A stretch of DNA of 32,000 bases from NCBI RefSeq assembly GCF_000427095.1, contig NC_021487.1, positions 1,358,924 through 1,390,923 of the forward strand. The letters run 5' to 3'. Within the stretch, counting starts at the first letter, position 1. Each line of letters begins with the position of its first letter. The notes under the pieces are model-generated. The model worked only from the letters and a program-made list of their open reading frames with translations. It was not told where the DNA came from and made no database searches. This document shows, piece after piece, positions 1 to 10,300 of this stretch. This stretch comes from Chthonomonas calidirosea T49. Lineage in GTDB: Bacteria > Armatimonadota > Chthonomonadetes > Chthonomonadales > Chthonomonadaceae. A program made the position numbers and the translations under genes.

Positions 1-836
1 CCGCCGGAGCCTTGCGATTTCCCTGTTGTATCGGCTTTTGATGCTATAGCAGCCATCTTTGCAGCCCCCTTCGGATCTTTCCACAGCACCACAATAACCT
101 GCCCTTCGGCATCGGCCTGTCCATCGCCTATACGAACCCGCAAGCTCAAGGGCAGATTCACTGCCACGCGCACCACGTCGGGCTTGAACTGCCCTACACG
201 CAAGTTTTGTGTCTGTGGATCGTCGTCGGGCAGGGTCTGATTGGGCTCATCAGAGGATAGTTTTGCGCCAAGACAGTCCACATAGCCTACACGCTGTCCA
301 TCCTCATCTATCATGCGCACCTGGTAGGGTACGGGGAAAGAGGTAGTAAAGCGTATCGCTCCCTGCTGTAGACGCACATCGGTGACGCGTGCCAACAGGT
401 AAACTTCGTCGAAACTCGTCGCCTTCGGCGTACGATTGTCATGGCTATCCACCGTGAGGATATCCGCGGGAAGCAGACGTGCTAAGTCGGAGAGCGCCAG
501 CATAGGCTTCCCTTCCGGTCGTGCAACGGCAAGCTCAGCCTCCTGCATAGGATGCCCATAGGTGATCTCTACGGCATCTCCCCGTTTGTTGAGATGTCCC
601 TGGGCCCCAACCATCCCAAGGATATCGAGCGGAACGAAGGTTTCGTTGCCGTCGGTTAGCGGCGAACTCGAAGCCTCTAACGGCTTATCTCCCACAAAAA
701 CGCGGACGGGGCGTAGCGTGCTATCCGCTTTCGCTTGTCTCCAAGACAGACAAAACATGCTCCCTAAAACGCAGATAAGAAGCGCGATCTGAGGCCTTAT
801 GAAGCAGCTATTAACGAAAGGGCTTTTCCGAAGCAT
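1..836 (-). CDS. Secreted/envelope protein with copper-amine-oxidase-N-like ('stalk') segment and possible AMIN-like domain; 3' end lies beyond base 1
   Basis: Manual reverse-strand translation from ATG at 836 (AGTGAGGG upstream) stays open to the window edge: MLRKSPFVNSCFIRPQIALLICVLGSMFCLSWRQAKADSTLRPVRVFVGDKPLEASSSPLTDGNETFVPLDILGMVGAQGHLNKRG... Signal peptide, then a VFVGDKPL...FVPLDIL pattern. Absent from the supplied ORF track, probably because it runs off the edge. Confidence 0.7.
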   Translation of the reverse strand, partial: MLRKSPFVNSCFIRPQIALLICVLGSMFCLSWRQAKADSTLRPVRVFVGDKPLEASSSPLTDGNETFVPLDILGMVGAQGHLNKRGDAVEITYGHPMQEAELAVARPEGKPMLALSDLARLLPADILTVDSHDNRTPKATSFDEVYLLARVTDVRLQQGAIRFTTSFPVPYQVRMIDEDGQRVGYVDCLGAKLSSDEPNQTLPDDDPQTQNLRVGQFKPDVVRVAVNLPLSLRVRIGDGQADAEGQVIVVLWKDPKGAAKMAAIASKADTTGKSQGSG

Positions 837-977
837 GGCCTTTCCCTCACTTGCTAGGATTTTTGCCTGAACGACCGAAGACGCATACATTTGGGCGTTT
901 GTGCTCTATATTCCTACATTTTCGGAAAGATTCCTACCCACTCTAGAACGGTGTCCAGAGGAATGCCGAAAAACAGT

Positions 978-1005
978 ACGGCAGACCCGGCTGAGGGCCT
1001 GCCGT
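978..1005 (-). terminator. Rho-independent terminator-like hairpin downstream of the 1037-1465/1489 gene
   Basis: Minus strand reads ACGGCAGGCCC-TCAGCC-GGGTCTGCCGT then ACTGTTTTT. It is an 11-bp stem with one G-U that pairs only in the minus-strand RNA. Confidence 0.6.
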
Positions 1006-1036
1006 TTATAAAGAGACAGTTGATAGACCGTAGAAG

Positions 1037-1489
1037 TTACAACTTGATGTCGAGTAGGCCGCTTATGCCCACGCCGGGTATGCGCCGGATGTTCTTTATG
1101 CTTTTGGTCTCTACAGGAACAAGCCCTCGAATACGCAGCCCAATCGAACTGAAACGCCCCTCAAACTGCACAACGGCCTGGACTTTGTTCACGGCAGAGC
1201 GTGGCCCCATCACCTGCACACCGCCCACTTCGGTACCGTCGCCGGCAGAAATAACCGGCACAACCTTTGTTGCGTAATTGGGGTTGTTTTGGGGTGTGCG
1301 TGTAAGATGATCGATCGCACTGTTGATCTGTGGCCCGAATTTGCTGATGACAAACGCCACCCCGCCCGCCTTCAGCAAGGAACCGAGAATGTCGGCACTG
1401 ACCATGCCTGCGGAGAAGCAGAGCAACACCAGCATGATGGTGGCTTTATTGACCTGGCGTTTCATACTTTCTTTTACCTCCTGTTTCAT
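1037..1489 (-). CDS. Small secreted hypothetical protein (about 142-150 aa)
   Basis: Intact ORF with signal peptide (MKRQVNKATIMLVLLCFSAGMVSA). A start at 1465, preceded by GGAGG, looks better than 1489. Confidence 0.65.
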   Translation of the reverse strand: MKQEVKESMKRQVNKATIMLVLLCFSAGMVSADILGSLLKAGGVAFVISKFGPQINSAIDHLTRTPQNNPNYATKVVPVISAGDGTEVGGVQVMGPRSAVNKVQAVVQFEGRFSSIGLRIRGLVPVETKSIKNIRRIPGVGISGLLDIKL

Positions 1490-1571
1490 CCTCCTACCGT
1501 TCCGATAGAAGCATCGCTACTTAGTGTAGCACATTATCTCCTGCTTTTTTGTCAGCAATACCACCCTCAGG

Positions 1572-3992
1572 TTAACGCTTTGGGCGATCTCGTGACGTGC
1601 TGGAGCCACCACTCGCATGGTTTCCTCCGCCACTGGGGCTGCTCGGCGCTACATGGGGCGCGGGCGGAGGCGACGGTGCATGATAGACAGGGGGCGATGG
1701 CGCAGGCGGTGGCACGTAGGGGGCCTCTCGTCGCGGCGGCACAGCCGGCGGGTTCCACGTTGGCTGAACTGGATGTGGTGTGTATGTCGGCAAGCCACGA
1801 TCATCATGGAACTGCGATGGAGTATAAGGAAGCATTTGTGGCGGAGCGCCGCGCTCTACGGGTTGCTGTGACCGGTTCCCAGGCCACTGCGGGCTGGGAG
1901 TAAAGCGCGGTGTGGGCGCAGTGGGACTGCTCAGCCTATTATTCGGGGACGTCCCTACACTGGGTCGGTCACGACGCTCTGAAGGCAAGAAGGGTCGCTG
2001 AAACTGTCCATTTTGAATCGGCTGGCTCGGTGTAAAGCCTAGCTCACGCCTTGCCAAAGCCGCGGCATCGGCCGCTCTGTTCTCGTTCGTTCCATAATTA
2101 CCTACCCGACCTGGTGCCCGACGATCGGTAAGATAGGATGGGGACAATGGTCTTACTCGAGATGTTATTTCCGAAGGCGGCATCGTCGTTCCGTTCACCG
2201 CGGGGCTAGACGCTCGTACGCCGAAGTCCCTTGAACGCGATGGGGAGAACTCCGACAGATCAGAGCCGCTACGATACGAACGAACGAGTGGTGGTAGAAC
2301 ATGCGAGGGGTTTGTGGGTGTCGTCTGCTCGATACCGACACGCCCTCGCACCGAGGCCGTCGGAGCATGAAATACCGCACGTGTCTGCAAAGCTGATGGA
2401 GGTGTAACAAGCGGTACCCGTGAGCGCACAGGGATGAAAGAGAGCGGTGTTGGAAGCACGCTTGGCGGGCCGGCAATCGGTTCTACACTTTGATTGGTCT
2501 CTGGTGCTTGGCCCCTGGCGAAGAGATCGGCCTCTGAAGGCGGCAGCGGATGATAGGCACTTGCTTCACGGAAGGTGGCGAGGGTGGCATAGGTGGCTCC
2601 AGGCGCTCGGCGCGCGTTGCGCGGGACAAAGAGCACACTGCCTCGATTCAGATGCGTTGCCGCGTAGTACTCTGTTGTCTGCTGGAACCGCTGAAACGCC
2701 GTTAAGGGAACACCAGGAGGTGCTTCATTGATATTCGTTACATTGTTAATGTAGGTCACCTGATTCACATACACCGTATCGAAAGGTCGTGGCACACAGT
2801 AAGAGGAGGCTACGGGGTAGTAGACGGCTGCTTGTGCAATCGAGAAGTAGGCAGCCCAATCCCCATGAGCAAACGCAATGGTGAGCGTGCTCGGATAGCG
2901 AACCTCTTCAGGAGCCAACGGTGCCCAGATCACGCGGTCTTCACAGACGCTGAAATCCACCACGGCTGGCTGCCAGTATTGACAAGCAGGGCCTGGCACC
3001 CATGCCCAACCAAACGGCTCATAAACCCAGGTACCGTAGTGATAGGGTGCCCAGCCCCACGGCTCATCGGAGACCCACGTCCAACCAAAAGGCACTACCC
3101 ATACCCAGTGGCCATCGCAATAGGGGCGCCAGTCCGCCCGGGTAATGTGAGGGCACCAAACGTAGCCGTAATTGGGGGTATAGCGCCAATCGCCGTAGTC
3201 GTCCAAATCGCCAGCCACCAAGCCGATGTTAGGTGGCAGATGCTGGGTACCATACAGCATTACCCGATCACGATGATCGTTCCAAAGGTCCCACTCATCT
3301 TCGGGAGGCGCAGGGTGAACGTTGTACGGGCTATCTATACTTCGGAGAAAAACGTAGTCGCCTGCCCGTAGTTCCGCCTCCCCTTGCTCTCCATCCAGCA
3401 CGGCGCGTCCCTCCTGCACACAAACCTCCACGCCATCTCCTACCCCGACGCGCACACGTGCCTTTTCGTTGACTTTAATCGAGGCATCCGGCGTATCTAT
3501 CTGATAGATGGAGTAGGCGTGGCGCGTTACCATGGTGGCCAATCCATTGGTTAAAATGATCTGTGTAAACTCCCCTTGGGAATCGCTGTAGAGCGTCTGC
3601 AAGGTCGCAAGAGCACCCCCTCCCAACCTCAATAGGCTGCCGTCATCAAACTGAATCTCTGCACGGCCTCCATCCGTCACCCATACCTGTGCCCCTTGCC
3701 TAATCGGCAGATTCACCGAGGCATAACTCCAATCAGCAGAGGTGCTAGGACGCCACGTTACGTTGCCTTCCACGTAAGAGAAGCGCGCTAGGCGCACAGC
3801 CCCCGCTTCATTCTGCTGGGACGGAGACAGTGTAGTCTCAGAAGGAGTAGAAGGGGTAAAAGTGCTTGAGCCGTTCTCTTGAATGCGATATCCTTGGCCA
3901 TCATCCTGAGCAAACCCCACACGACTCAGCAGCGTGAATGCCACAGCCATCAACAGCGTGATCACCGTCATAAAGTAGCATCTCTTTCGCAT
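1572..3992 (-). CDS. FecR-domain-like, DUF6600-like surface protein with disordered Pro-rich C-terminus (806 aa)
   Basis: Signal peptide; FecR-like segment (VEGNVTWRP...AQVWVTDGGRAEIQFDDGSLLRLGGG); Trp/Gly/Tyr-rich block (GHWVWVVPFGWTWVSDEPWGWAPYHYGTWVYEPFGWAWVPGP); tail rich in PPP/PSP. Confidence 0.85.
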   Translation of the reverse strand: MRKRCYFMTVITLLMAVAFTLLSRVGFAQDDGQGYRIQENGSSTFTPSTPSETTLSPSQQNEAGAVRLARFSYVEGNVTWRPSTSADWSYASVNLPIRQGAQVWVTDGGRAEIQFDDGSLLRLGGGALATLQTLYSDSQGEFTQIILTNGLATMVTRHAYSIYQIDTPDASIKVNEKARVRVGVGDGVEVCVQEGRAVLDGEQGEAELRAGDYVFLRSIDSPYNVHPAPPEDEWDLWNDHRDRVMLYGTQHLPPNIGLVAGDLDDYGDWRYTPNYGYVWCPHITRADWRPYCDGHWVWVVPFGWTWVSDEPWGWAPYHYGTWVYEPFGWAWVPGPACQYWQPAVVDFSVCEDRVIWAPLAPEEVRYPSTLTIAFAHGDWAAYFSIAQAAVYYPVASSYCVPRPFDTVYVNQVTYINNVTNINEAPPGVPLTAFQRFQQTTEYYAATHLNRGSVLFVPRNARRAPGATYATLATFREASAYHPLPPSEADLFARGQAPETNQSVEPIAGPPSVLPTPLSFIPVRSRVPLVTPPSALQTRAVFHAPTASVRGRVGIEQTTPTNPSHVLPPLVRSYRSGSDLSEFSPSRSRDFGVRASSPAVNGTTMPPSEITSRVRPLSPSYLTDRRAPGRVGNYGTNENRAADAAALARRELGFTPSQPIQNGQFQRPFLPSERRDRPSVGTSPNNRLSSPTAPTPRFTPSPQWPGNRSQQPVERGAPPQMLPYTPSQFHDDRGLPTYTPHPVQPTWNPPAVPPRREAPYVPPPAPSPPVYHAPSPPPAPHVAPSSPSGGGNHASGGSSTSRDRPKR

Positions 3993-4229
3993 CTCTCTTC
4001 ACCTCTTCGACCTTTCGGCCGATCTCTCCTGATAAGTTATCCAATAATAATGTGCGCAACCTATTATCATTAGCGTTCAGCGTGGCACATCGGCGCCCTT
4101 TTCTCCGTATTTCGATTTGAAGTCGGAGATTGAACACCGCCTGTCAAATGCGACCTCATCGAGAGCGCCTATTTACAATGTTTGTAATAAAAGAACGAAC
4201 AGCGCGCTTTAATGTGACGACACTCTGGC

Positions 4230-4235
4230 TATAAT
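4230..4235 (+). promoter_or_regulatory. Candidate -10 element (TATAAT) upstream of the YncE-like gene
   Basis: TATAAT at 4230-4235, then GGGGAGGAG and ATG at 4256. The -35 match is weak, so this is tentative. Confidence 0.35.
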
Positions 4236-4255
4236 ATCGGGGAGGAGCTTCTCTC

Positions 4256-5266
4256 ATGGGAAAATTTTTAAGAACCTGCTTCCATCTTGTCGGTTGGTTA
4301 ATTACCGCAGGCCTTGTCGGCAACTGCATTCCCATCCCATCTAAACTCCCGCTTACGTGGGTTGCCGACATCCCTCTGCCTGGAGGAACGAGCCGATTCG
4401 ATTACGAGAGTCTCGATCCCGTCCACCATCTCCTTTTCATCGCACATTTGGGAGCGGATAGTGTTGTGGTTTTTAATACCCAAAAACGCAAAGTAGTTGC
4501 GGTTATCCCTAATCTACCCTCTGTTCACGGTGTCCTTGTTGTTCCCTCCATCAAACGCATTTATGCTTCAGCCACCGGTGAAAATAGGGTAGCTGCCATT
4601 GACGAAGGCTCTCTACACATTCTTGCACGCATTCCAACCGGAAACTACCCAGACGGCATGGCCTACGATCCGTTGAACAAAAAGCTCTATGTATCTGACG
4701 AATTTGGGCGCACTGAAACCGTCATAGATACGCAGACGAATCGCCGTTTGAAGACCATCCCGCTTGGAGGCGAGGCAGGAAACAGCCAATACAATCCAAT
4801 TGACCACCGCATCTATGTGGACGTGCAAACGTTGAACCAGCTCGTTGCGATAGATCCTGGCACGGATACAATTGCTGCTCGCTACCCTATTCCGCCTACC
4901 TGCGAGCGCGATCACAGTTTGCTCATCGCGCCGGCTCAGATGCTGGCCTTTGTCGCTTGTGAGGGCAATGCAAAGCTTGCTGTTTTCTCTTTAAAGACCA
5001 TGCGTTTTCTGCCGTCGGTATTTACGGTGGGCCAAGACCCTGATGTTCTTGCATTTGACCCATCGCTCCATCGCCTTTATGTGGCAAGCGAAAGTGGCGT
5101 GCTTGCCGTTTTTCAGGTAGAAGGCGCCGTGCTGCACAAGCTTGGCCAAGCGTATCTGGCGTACCGTGCCCATAGTGTGGCGGTAGACCCACAAACTCAG
5201 GAAGTCTACCTACCGTTGCAGAATGTAAAAGGTCATGCTGTACTGCGCATCCTTCGTGAGAATTGA
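4256..5266 (+). CDS. YncE-family / 40-residue YVTN-type beta-propeller protein
   Basis: 336 aa with repeated blades such as IPTGNYPDGMAYDPLNKKLYVSDEFGRTETVIDTQTNRRLKTIPLGG and FTVGQDPDVLAFDPSLHRLYVASESGVLAVF. Strong RBS GGGGAGGAG. Confidence 0.85.
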   Translation: MGKFLRTCFHLVGWLITAGLVGNCIPIPSKLPLTWVADIPLPGGTSRFDYESLDPVHHLLFIAHLGADSVVVFNTQKRKVVAVIPNLPSVHGVLVVPSIKRIYASATGENRVAAIDEGSLHILARIPTGNYPDGMAYDPLNKKLYVSDEFGRTETVIDTQTNRRLKTIPLGGEAGNSQYNPIDHRIYVDVQTLNQLVAIDPGTDTIAARYPIPPTCERDHSLLIAPAQMLAFVACEGNAKLAVFSLKTMRFLPSVFTVGQDPDVLAFDPSLHRLYVASESGVLAVFQVEGAVLHKLGQAYLAYRAHSVAVDPQTQEVYLPLQNVKGHAVLRILREN

Positions 5267-5325
5267 ACAAAGATATCAAAAGAAAGGTATAAAACCTTGA
5301 ATACAAAACGCACGAGGCTGCGCCG

Positions 5326-5991
5326 ATGAATATACTGATCGTAGAGGACGATAAGAGCGTCGCCCGCTTTCTACAGCAAGCCCTTACTGAGGCCGGCTAT
5401 ACCACACAGGTTGTCGAAGATGGGGAGACTGCACTCCACTTGGCCGTGAGCATCGCCTTCGATCTTATCCTTCTCGACGTCATGCTGCCCCGCAAGGATG
5501 GCTTTGCCCTTTGTAAGGAGTTGCGGGCGGCCTCGGTTACCACCCCCATCCTCATCATCACCGCTCGTGACACGCTAGAAGACAAAATTGAAGGGCTTGA
5601 TAGCGGTGCCGATGACTACATCGTTAAACCTTGCCAGATAGGTGAACTGTTGGCAAGAGTACGCGCACTTCTACGGCGCGGTACCTCTAGCCCACCGGTG
5701 CTTCGCGTTGCCGATCTCACTTTAGACCCGGCCACCCGAAAAGTCTGCCGCCAGGGAAAAACCATCCATCTCTCTATGACGGAGTTCGCCCTCCTGGAAT
5801 ATCTCATGCGGAATGCAGGGCGCGTGGTAACACGCTTAATGATTCTGGAACATGTCTGGCAGTACGACTTTGAAGGCAACGATAATGTGCTCGATGTCTA
5901 TATTAGCTACCTGCGCAGCAAGATTGACCGTGGTTTTGCCCGCCCACTCATTCACACGGTACGTGGCGTAGGCTACCGTTTGGAGGGCTAA
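5326..5991 (+). CDS. OmpR-family DNA-binding response regulator
   Basis: 221 aa: MNILIVEDDKSVARFLQQALTEAGY, phosphoacceptor context DLILLDVMLPRKDGF, winged-helix end EGNDNVLDVYISYLRSKID...LIHTVRGVGYRLEG. Confidence 0.95.
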   Translation: MNILIVEDDKSVARFLQQALTEAGYTTQVVEDGETALHLAVSIAFDLILLDVMLPRKDGFALCKELRAASVTTPILIITARDTLEDKIEGLDSGADDYIVKPCQIGELLARVRALLRRGTSSPPVLRVADLTLDPATRKVCRQGKTIHLSMTEFALLEYLMRNAGRVVTRLMILEHVWQYDFEGNDNVLDVYISYLRSKIDRGFARPLIHTVRGVGYRLEG

Positions 5992-5994
5992 CCC

Positions 5995-7305
5995 ATGCTT
6001 TTTAACTCCATGCGTTGGCGCATGACCCTGGTGTTTTCCGGAGCTACAGCCATCCTTTTGCTCATTGCCTGCTACGTTACCATCCGTTACTCTCGAATCA
6101 CCATGGAGCGTAGCGCCGACATTCTCCTCCAGACGGCTGCGAAAAAAGTACGACACGAGCTCGCCCACCTACAGCCAAACGAGACCACCCTCTACGAGCT
6201 TACCGAACAGGAGCGTGACCTTACAGAAGAGAATATCGCCTTGCAGATGCTGAATTCACATGGCAAACTTGTGTGGTCGTCCACCTCGCAAATGCCGGTT
6301 TGGCCTTGGGGGGATAGAGATGATTGGCGAGGAACGTCGTTTCGCTTTGGCTCCGGTACCATTGTCATTGGGCTGCCCTGGCTTAAACACGAACGATCTC
6401 AAGAGCGTTTAGAGATAACATTAATTGTGTTAAGTCTTTTTATTTTCTTTACAGTAACCGGTGGTGCTTGGCTTTTGGTAGGCCGTACGCTCTCGCCTAT
6501 CGGCCGTTTGGCGGGGCAAGCACGCTCGGCATCGGTGGAACGTATGCGCGTTCATCTCACAGCTCCTTCGAAGGACGTTGAGATCGTCGAGCTTGTGGTC
6601 ACTCTCAACGGCCTACTCGACCGCCTTGCCGAATCGGCGGCAGCCCGTGGGCGTTTCTATGCTGCTGTCTCTCATGAGCTGCGAACGCCTCTCCAAGCGC
6701 TTTACGGCCATCTAGAACTGGCCCTACAGCGCCCACGCAGTGAAACAGAATATCGTGTCTACGTAGAGGAGGCACTCGCTCAAACACGCCGGCTCGCCGC
6801 GCTTGTTCGTGATCTCCTTCTATTAAACCGTATTGAGATGGCTCCTACCCCCTCCAGCGAGGCCCTAGACCTTGTGGAAATCTGCGAACGCCAACTTGTC
6901 CATTATGCCTCTTTGGCGGCCAAACGCCATCTTCAACTCCATACAGAATTTCCGCCATTCCTTGAGATTATAGCCCCTACCAACCACGCCGAGATGCTGG
7001 TAAGAAACTTGGTGGAAAACGCACTTAAATACGCCAAAGAAGGTGGTCAGGTACGCATCGCCTTAAAGTCCTCTACCCCAGGCACCGATCTGGAGATTTT
7101 CAACGAGTGCACCCCTCTCGCCCCAAGCGAGTTGGAGCGTCTTACGGAACCTTTCTATCGGCCCGATAGTTCCCGAAACACGGCCACCGGCGGTAATGGA
7201 CTCGGCCTCACCATCTGCAAAGCCATTGCAGATACGTGCGGCTGGAGCCTAGAGCTATGCTCCGTTCCTACCGGTTTCCTATGCCGAGTCCATTTCCCCT
7301 GTTGA
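5995..7305 (+). CDS. Membrane sensor histidine kinase
   Basis: 436 aa: two N-terminal TM segments, H-box FYAAVSHELRTPLQALYGHLELAL, N-box RNLVENALKYA, G-box GGNGLGLTICKAIAD. Starts 3 nt after the response-regulator stop. Confidence 0.95.
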   Translation: MLFNSMRWRMTLVFSGATAILLLIACYVTIRYSRITMERSADILLQTAAKKVRHELAHLQPNETTLYELTEQERDLTEENIALQMLNSHGKLVWSSTSQMPVWPWGDRDDWRGTSFRFGSGTIVIGLPWLKHERSQERLEITLIVLSLFIFFTVTGGAWLLVGRTLSPIGRLAGQARSASVERMRVHLTAPSKDVEIVELVVTLNGLLDRLAESAAARGRFYAAVSHELRTPLQALYGHLELALQRPRSETEYRVYVEEALAQTRRLAALVRDLLLLNRIEMAPTPSSEALDLVEICERQLVHYASLAAKRHLQLHTEFPPFLEIIAPTNHAEMLVRNLVENALKYAKEGGQVRIALKSSTPGTDLEIFNECTPLAPSELERLTEPFYRPDSSRNTATGGNGLGLTICKAIADTCGWSLELCSVPTGFLCRVHFPC

Positions 7306-10300
7306 ACCATCATCTGCCCTTGATGCACCCGCTAACCGGTACAACGGTTCGCCATCGTGTCCCTGAGGCGTCGTGCGACAGATGTCAGAATAGGGACAAA
7401 AACGACAGTGGGTTCCCGGTCTTGCCGCCACATAGCCCTGCCGCATGGCGTTCGCATGATGGATGGCAGATTCAATGGCAGCCTGCTGCATGGCCTTATA
7501 CTGCTCGTCGTTTAACGGCTGAACTTGGTCTCCTTTCTCACGCTCTGGGATCAGCTTGAATCGCTGAAAAGCTACCCTGCTTGTACGAAAGAGGCGAGTA
7601 CGCGCGTTTTGGGCTGCGAAATCAATGCAGAGTCCTCCTACCTTCATCCCAAAAAGACGCTCTAGGGCTAGCATCATCAGTGGCCATCGAATCGCCTTAC
7701 CGCTTGTGATATCCGACAAGGACGGGGGCGGCGCGGTTGTGTAGTCCATCAAAAAAACGAAATCGCCATTGGCTTCTCTATCTATCCGATCCACAACACC
7801 ATAAAGCGCAAGCGGCTCTCCACCCTGCGGGTCGGGAATTATCAGTGGCTGTGCCGAAGAGTTCGGATCGTACATGGCCGAATTTGCATGCGGTACACCG
7901 AACGCCAGACGAAAATAGAGAGGCTGAAGGGGCAAGCACCGGCTATAAAACTGCTCCTTATCTGCAATAGCCTTTAGGAGACGCATCAGCCCCTGCCATA
8001 AGAGACGTTTACGGTGCGGCGAGATGTCGGCAACAAGATTTTGAAGCTCGGCCTTCAAAGCTTTTTCTAGAAGAGCTTCTTCAAGCGGCTGCCCATCGGC
8101 AACCGATAGTTCAGAGAAGGCACGGTATAAAACATCACGAAGCAACTTCGCTTGTAGCATAGCGAAGCTGGTTTGGATGTTTACTCTCAGTTGTAGGCGG
8201 TACTGCAGGAAGTGACGGAAGGGACAAAGCGCATAGACTTCAAGCTCGGCGAGCGAACAACGTCTTGTCTTCTCACGAATCCATGTTCGCGTTGTCTCTT
8301 CCTCTACACGCGGCAGTGGGGGCAGAAATCGGGATTCGGCCACAGCATGCAAAAGCTCGACCGCCGACAGATTCTCGGCGCACAACCGCTTCACCACCGT
8401 TTGTACCTCCGCCCTCCGCTCTTCCGAAACCGCCGGGTCGAACAGAGGCACACAGAGATTCAGGAGGCGCTCACGCCACGAGCCGGCATCTTCCGAACGC
8501 GGCGCCACATCGGCCAAACGGCGTGAGATCACATGTAGCAGCTCCGGACGAGATTCAAGCGCTTGCTTCACCTCCTCCAGATAGAAAGAGGGAAGCGTAT
8601 CGGCCTCTCCACTGCTCCGCGGGTAGGAGAGAATAAGGCGTTCTGAAGGGGCTGTGACCGCTAAGTAGAACAGTAAGCGTTCTTCATTGACACGCGCCTC
8701 ACGTGGTGCCAGGTAAAGACCTGTTTGTTCATACAACCGACGGCGCACAGCATCCGGTAAGAAGGGGTTCTCGGTAAGGCGACGCGGAAATAGGCGCTCT
8801 AAAAGTCCCATTACAGCTACAACACGAGGCCGCCTTTGATGAATATCATACGGCTCCGAAATCCAGACCTGGTCTTCTCCCAACCCTACTACAACCGTAC
8901 TATTATGCCATGCCGAGATGAGCCTCTCGACAAAATCGCCAAAAGGCATCTGTTCCCGGTCGGTAAGATACATCATATCGGCCATGGAGTAAAGAGTTTC
9001 CATAGCCACACGGCAAGCCTCCTGGTCGCGTCTCTGTTGCAAAGGTTCACCGAGCTCAATAGCCTCTTTGAGACCGAAATCCTCAAACAGGATCTCTATC
9101 TCCTCGGCTAAATGCTGAACGCTCTGTGCCTGCAGCAACCGCTCGGATCGATTCAACATCGTATCGAGAAGTTGAGCGGAGGATGGCGCGAGATCCGGCA
9201 ACAGGGCTGCCCACTCTTCTTTGCCTTGCCTTATTCCCTTCTCATTAGCAAGCAGCCTTAACCGCTCCACATCCTCATAGGACGGTTGGGTATAAGAGGA
9301 CTTGAAAAACGTTAGCACGGCATCGCGAGGCCAGTCGTGTCGTACAATATCAAGAAAGGTGATGAGGCTACGTATTAGCGGATTCTCGGCAACGGGTTCG
9401 CCTCCGAAGGTACCTATGGGAACGCCATAACGCTCAAAAACGGAGACAAGAGTCGGCGCATAGGCTTGGACATTGCGCACCACCACAGCAAAATCGCTCC
9501 ATTGATACTTCCCTGTGTCGTGCAGATTTTGAAAGGCACGCGCCACCATCTCCGCTTCCATATAGACATCAGGGGCATCAAAGAGGAGAATAGGCTCTAG
9601 ATTCGCATCTGCCAAAGGCTTAGAGCGCGTTTCATGAAAAAGACACAGAGCTAACACATCTGCAACCGACAAGGGGGGCTGAGCCATGTTGAGAAACGTC
9701 TCACGGCACTGAAAGTCGGCCTTTAATCGCCGGATCGTCGGCTCCGCCGAAGCAAAGAGCAGAGGTCGCTCTGGATCGTAGAGCAGAGTCACTAGGAACT
9801 GCATTTGCGTAAAGCGCTCCGCCAGCATCGTCAGCAGGGTGCTTTGGGCGGGATAGAGGGAATAAAAGCCATCTAAAATCAGGGTATCGAAGCTTTCTAA
9901 CCAACGTACGGGCCCCGCTTGCAAGCGCTCTTTTGCCAGTAGCAGCATGCCCTCGGCATCCTGTCGGCGATGTTGCTTTAGAAACCTCTCGTAGGCCCCA
10001 TAGAGCCTTGCAAGTTCGAGAAACTTATCTGCTTCGCGCGGATTTCCCGTCTCCTCCACAGCCATTGGCCCCATGGCTTGTATGTCTTCTGGCGAAAGCC
10101 CCGAAAGCTTCCACTCTCGAATCTGTTCGAGCATGGCAGAGAGGAAGCCGTCATAAAAACGCATGGGGGCGAGGTAATCGTCCTGATAGAGCCATCTTTC
10201 GATGATATCTTGAAGGAGCAAGCGCTGAAACGAACGTCCCACCATCTCAACGCCACTACCCTCCATGAGACGACCAATGAACTCTTGCAAGGACATCACT

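Noticed and set aside
1289-1903. 204-aa plus-strand ORF
   Set aside because: It runs antisense across two minus-strand genes with better signal peptides and RBS, and its translation has no domain character.
8265-8636. Plus-strand ORFs at 8212-8636 inside the AddB-like gene
   Set aside because: Antisense and Pro/Arg/Ser-rich. The minus ORF of 1074 codons has Walker A and nuclease-like motifs.
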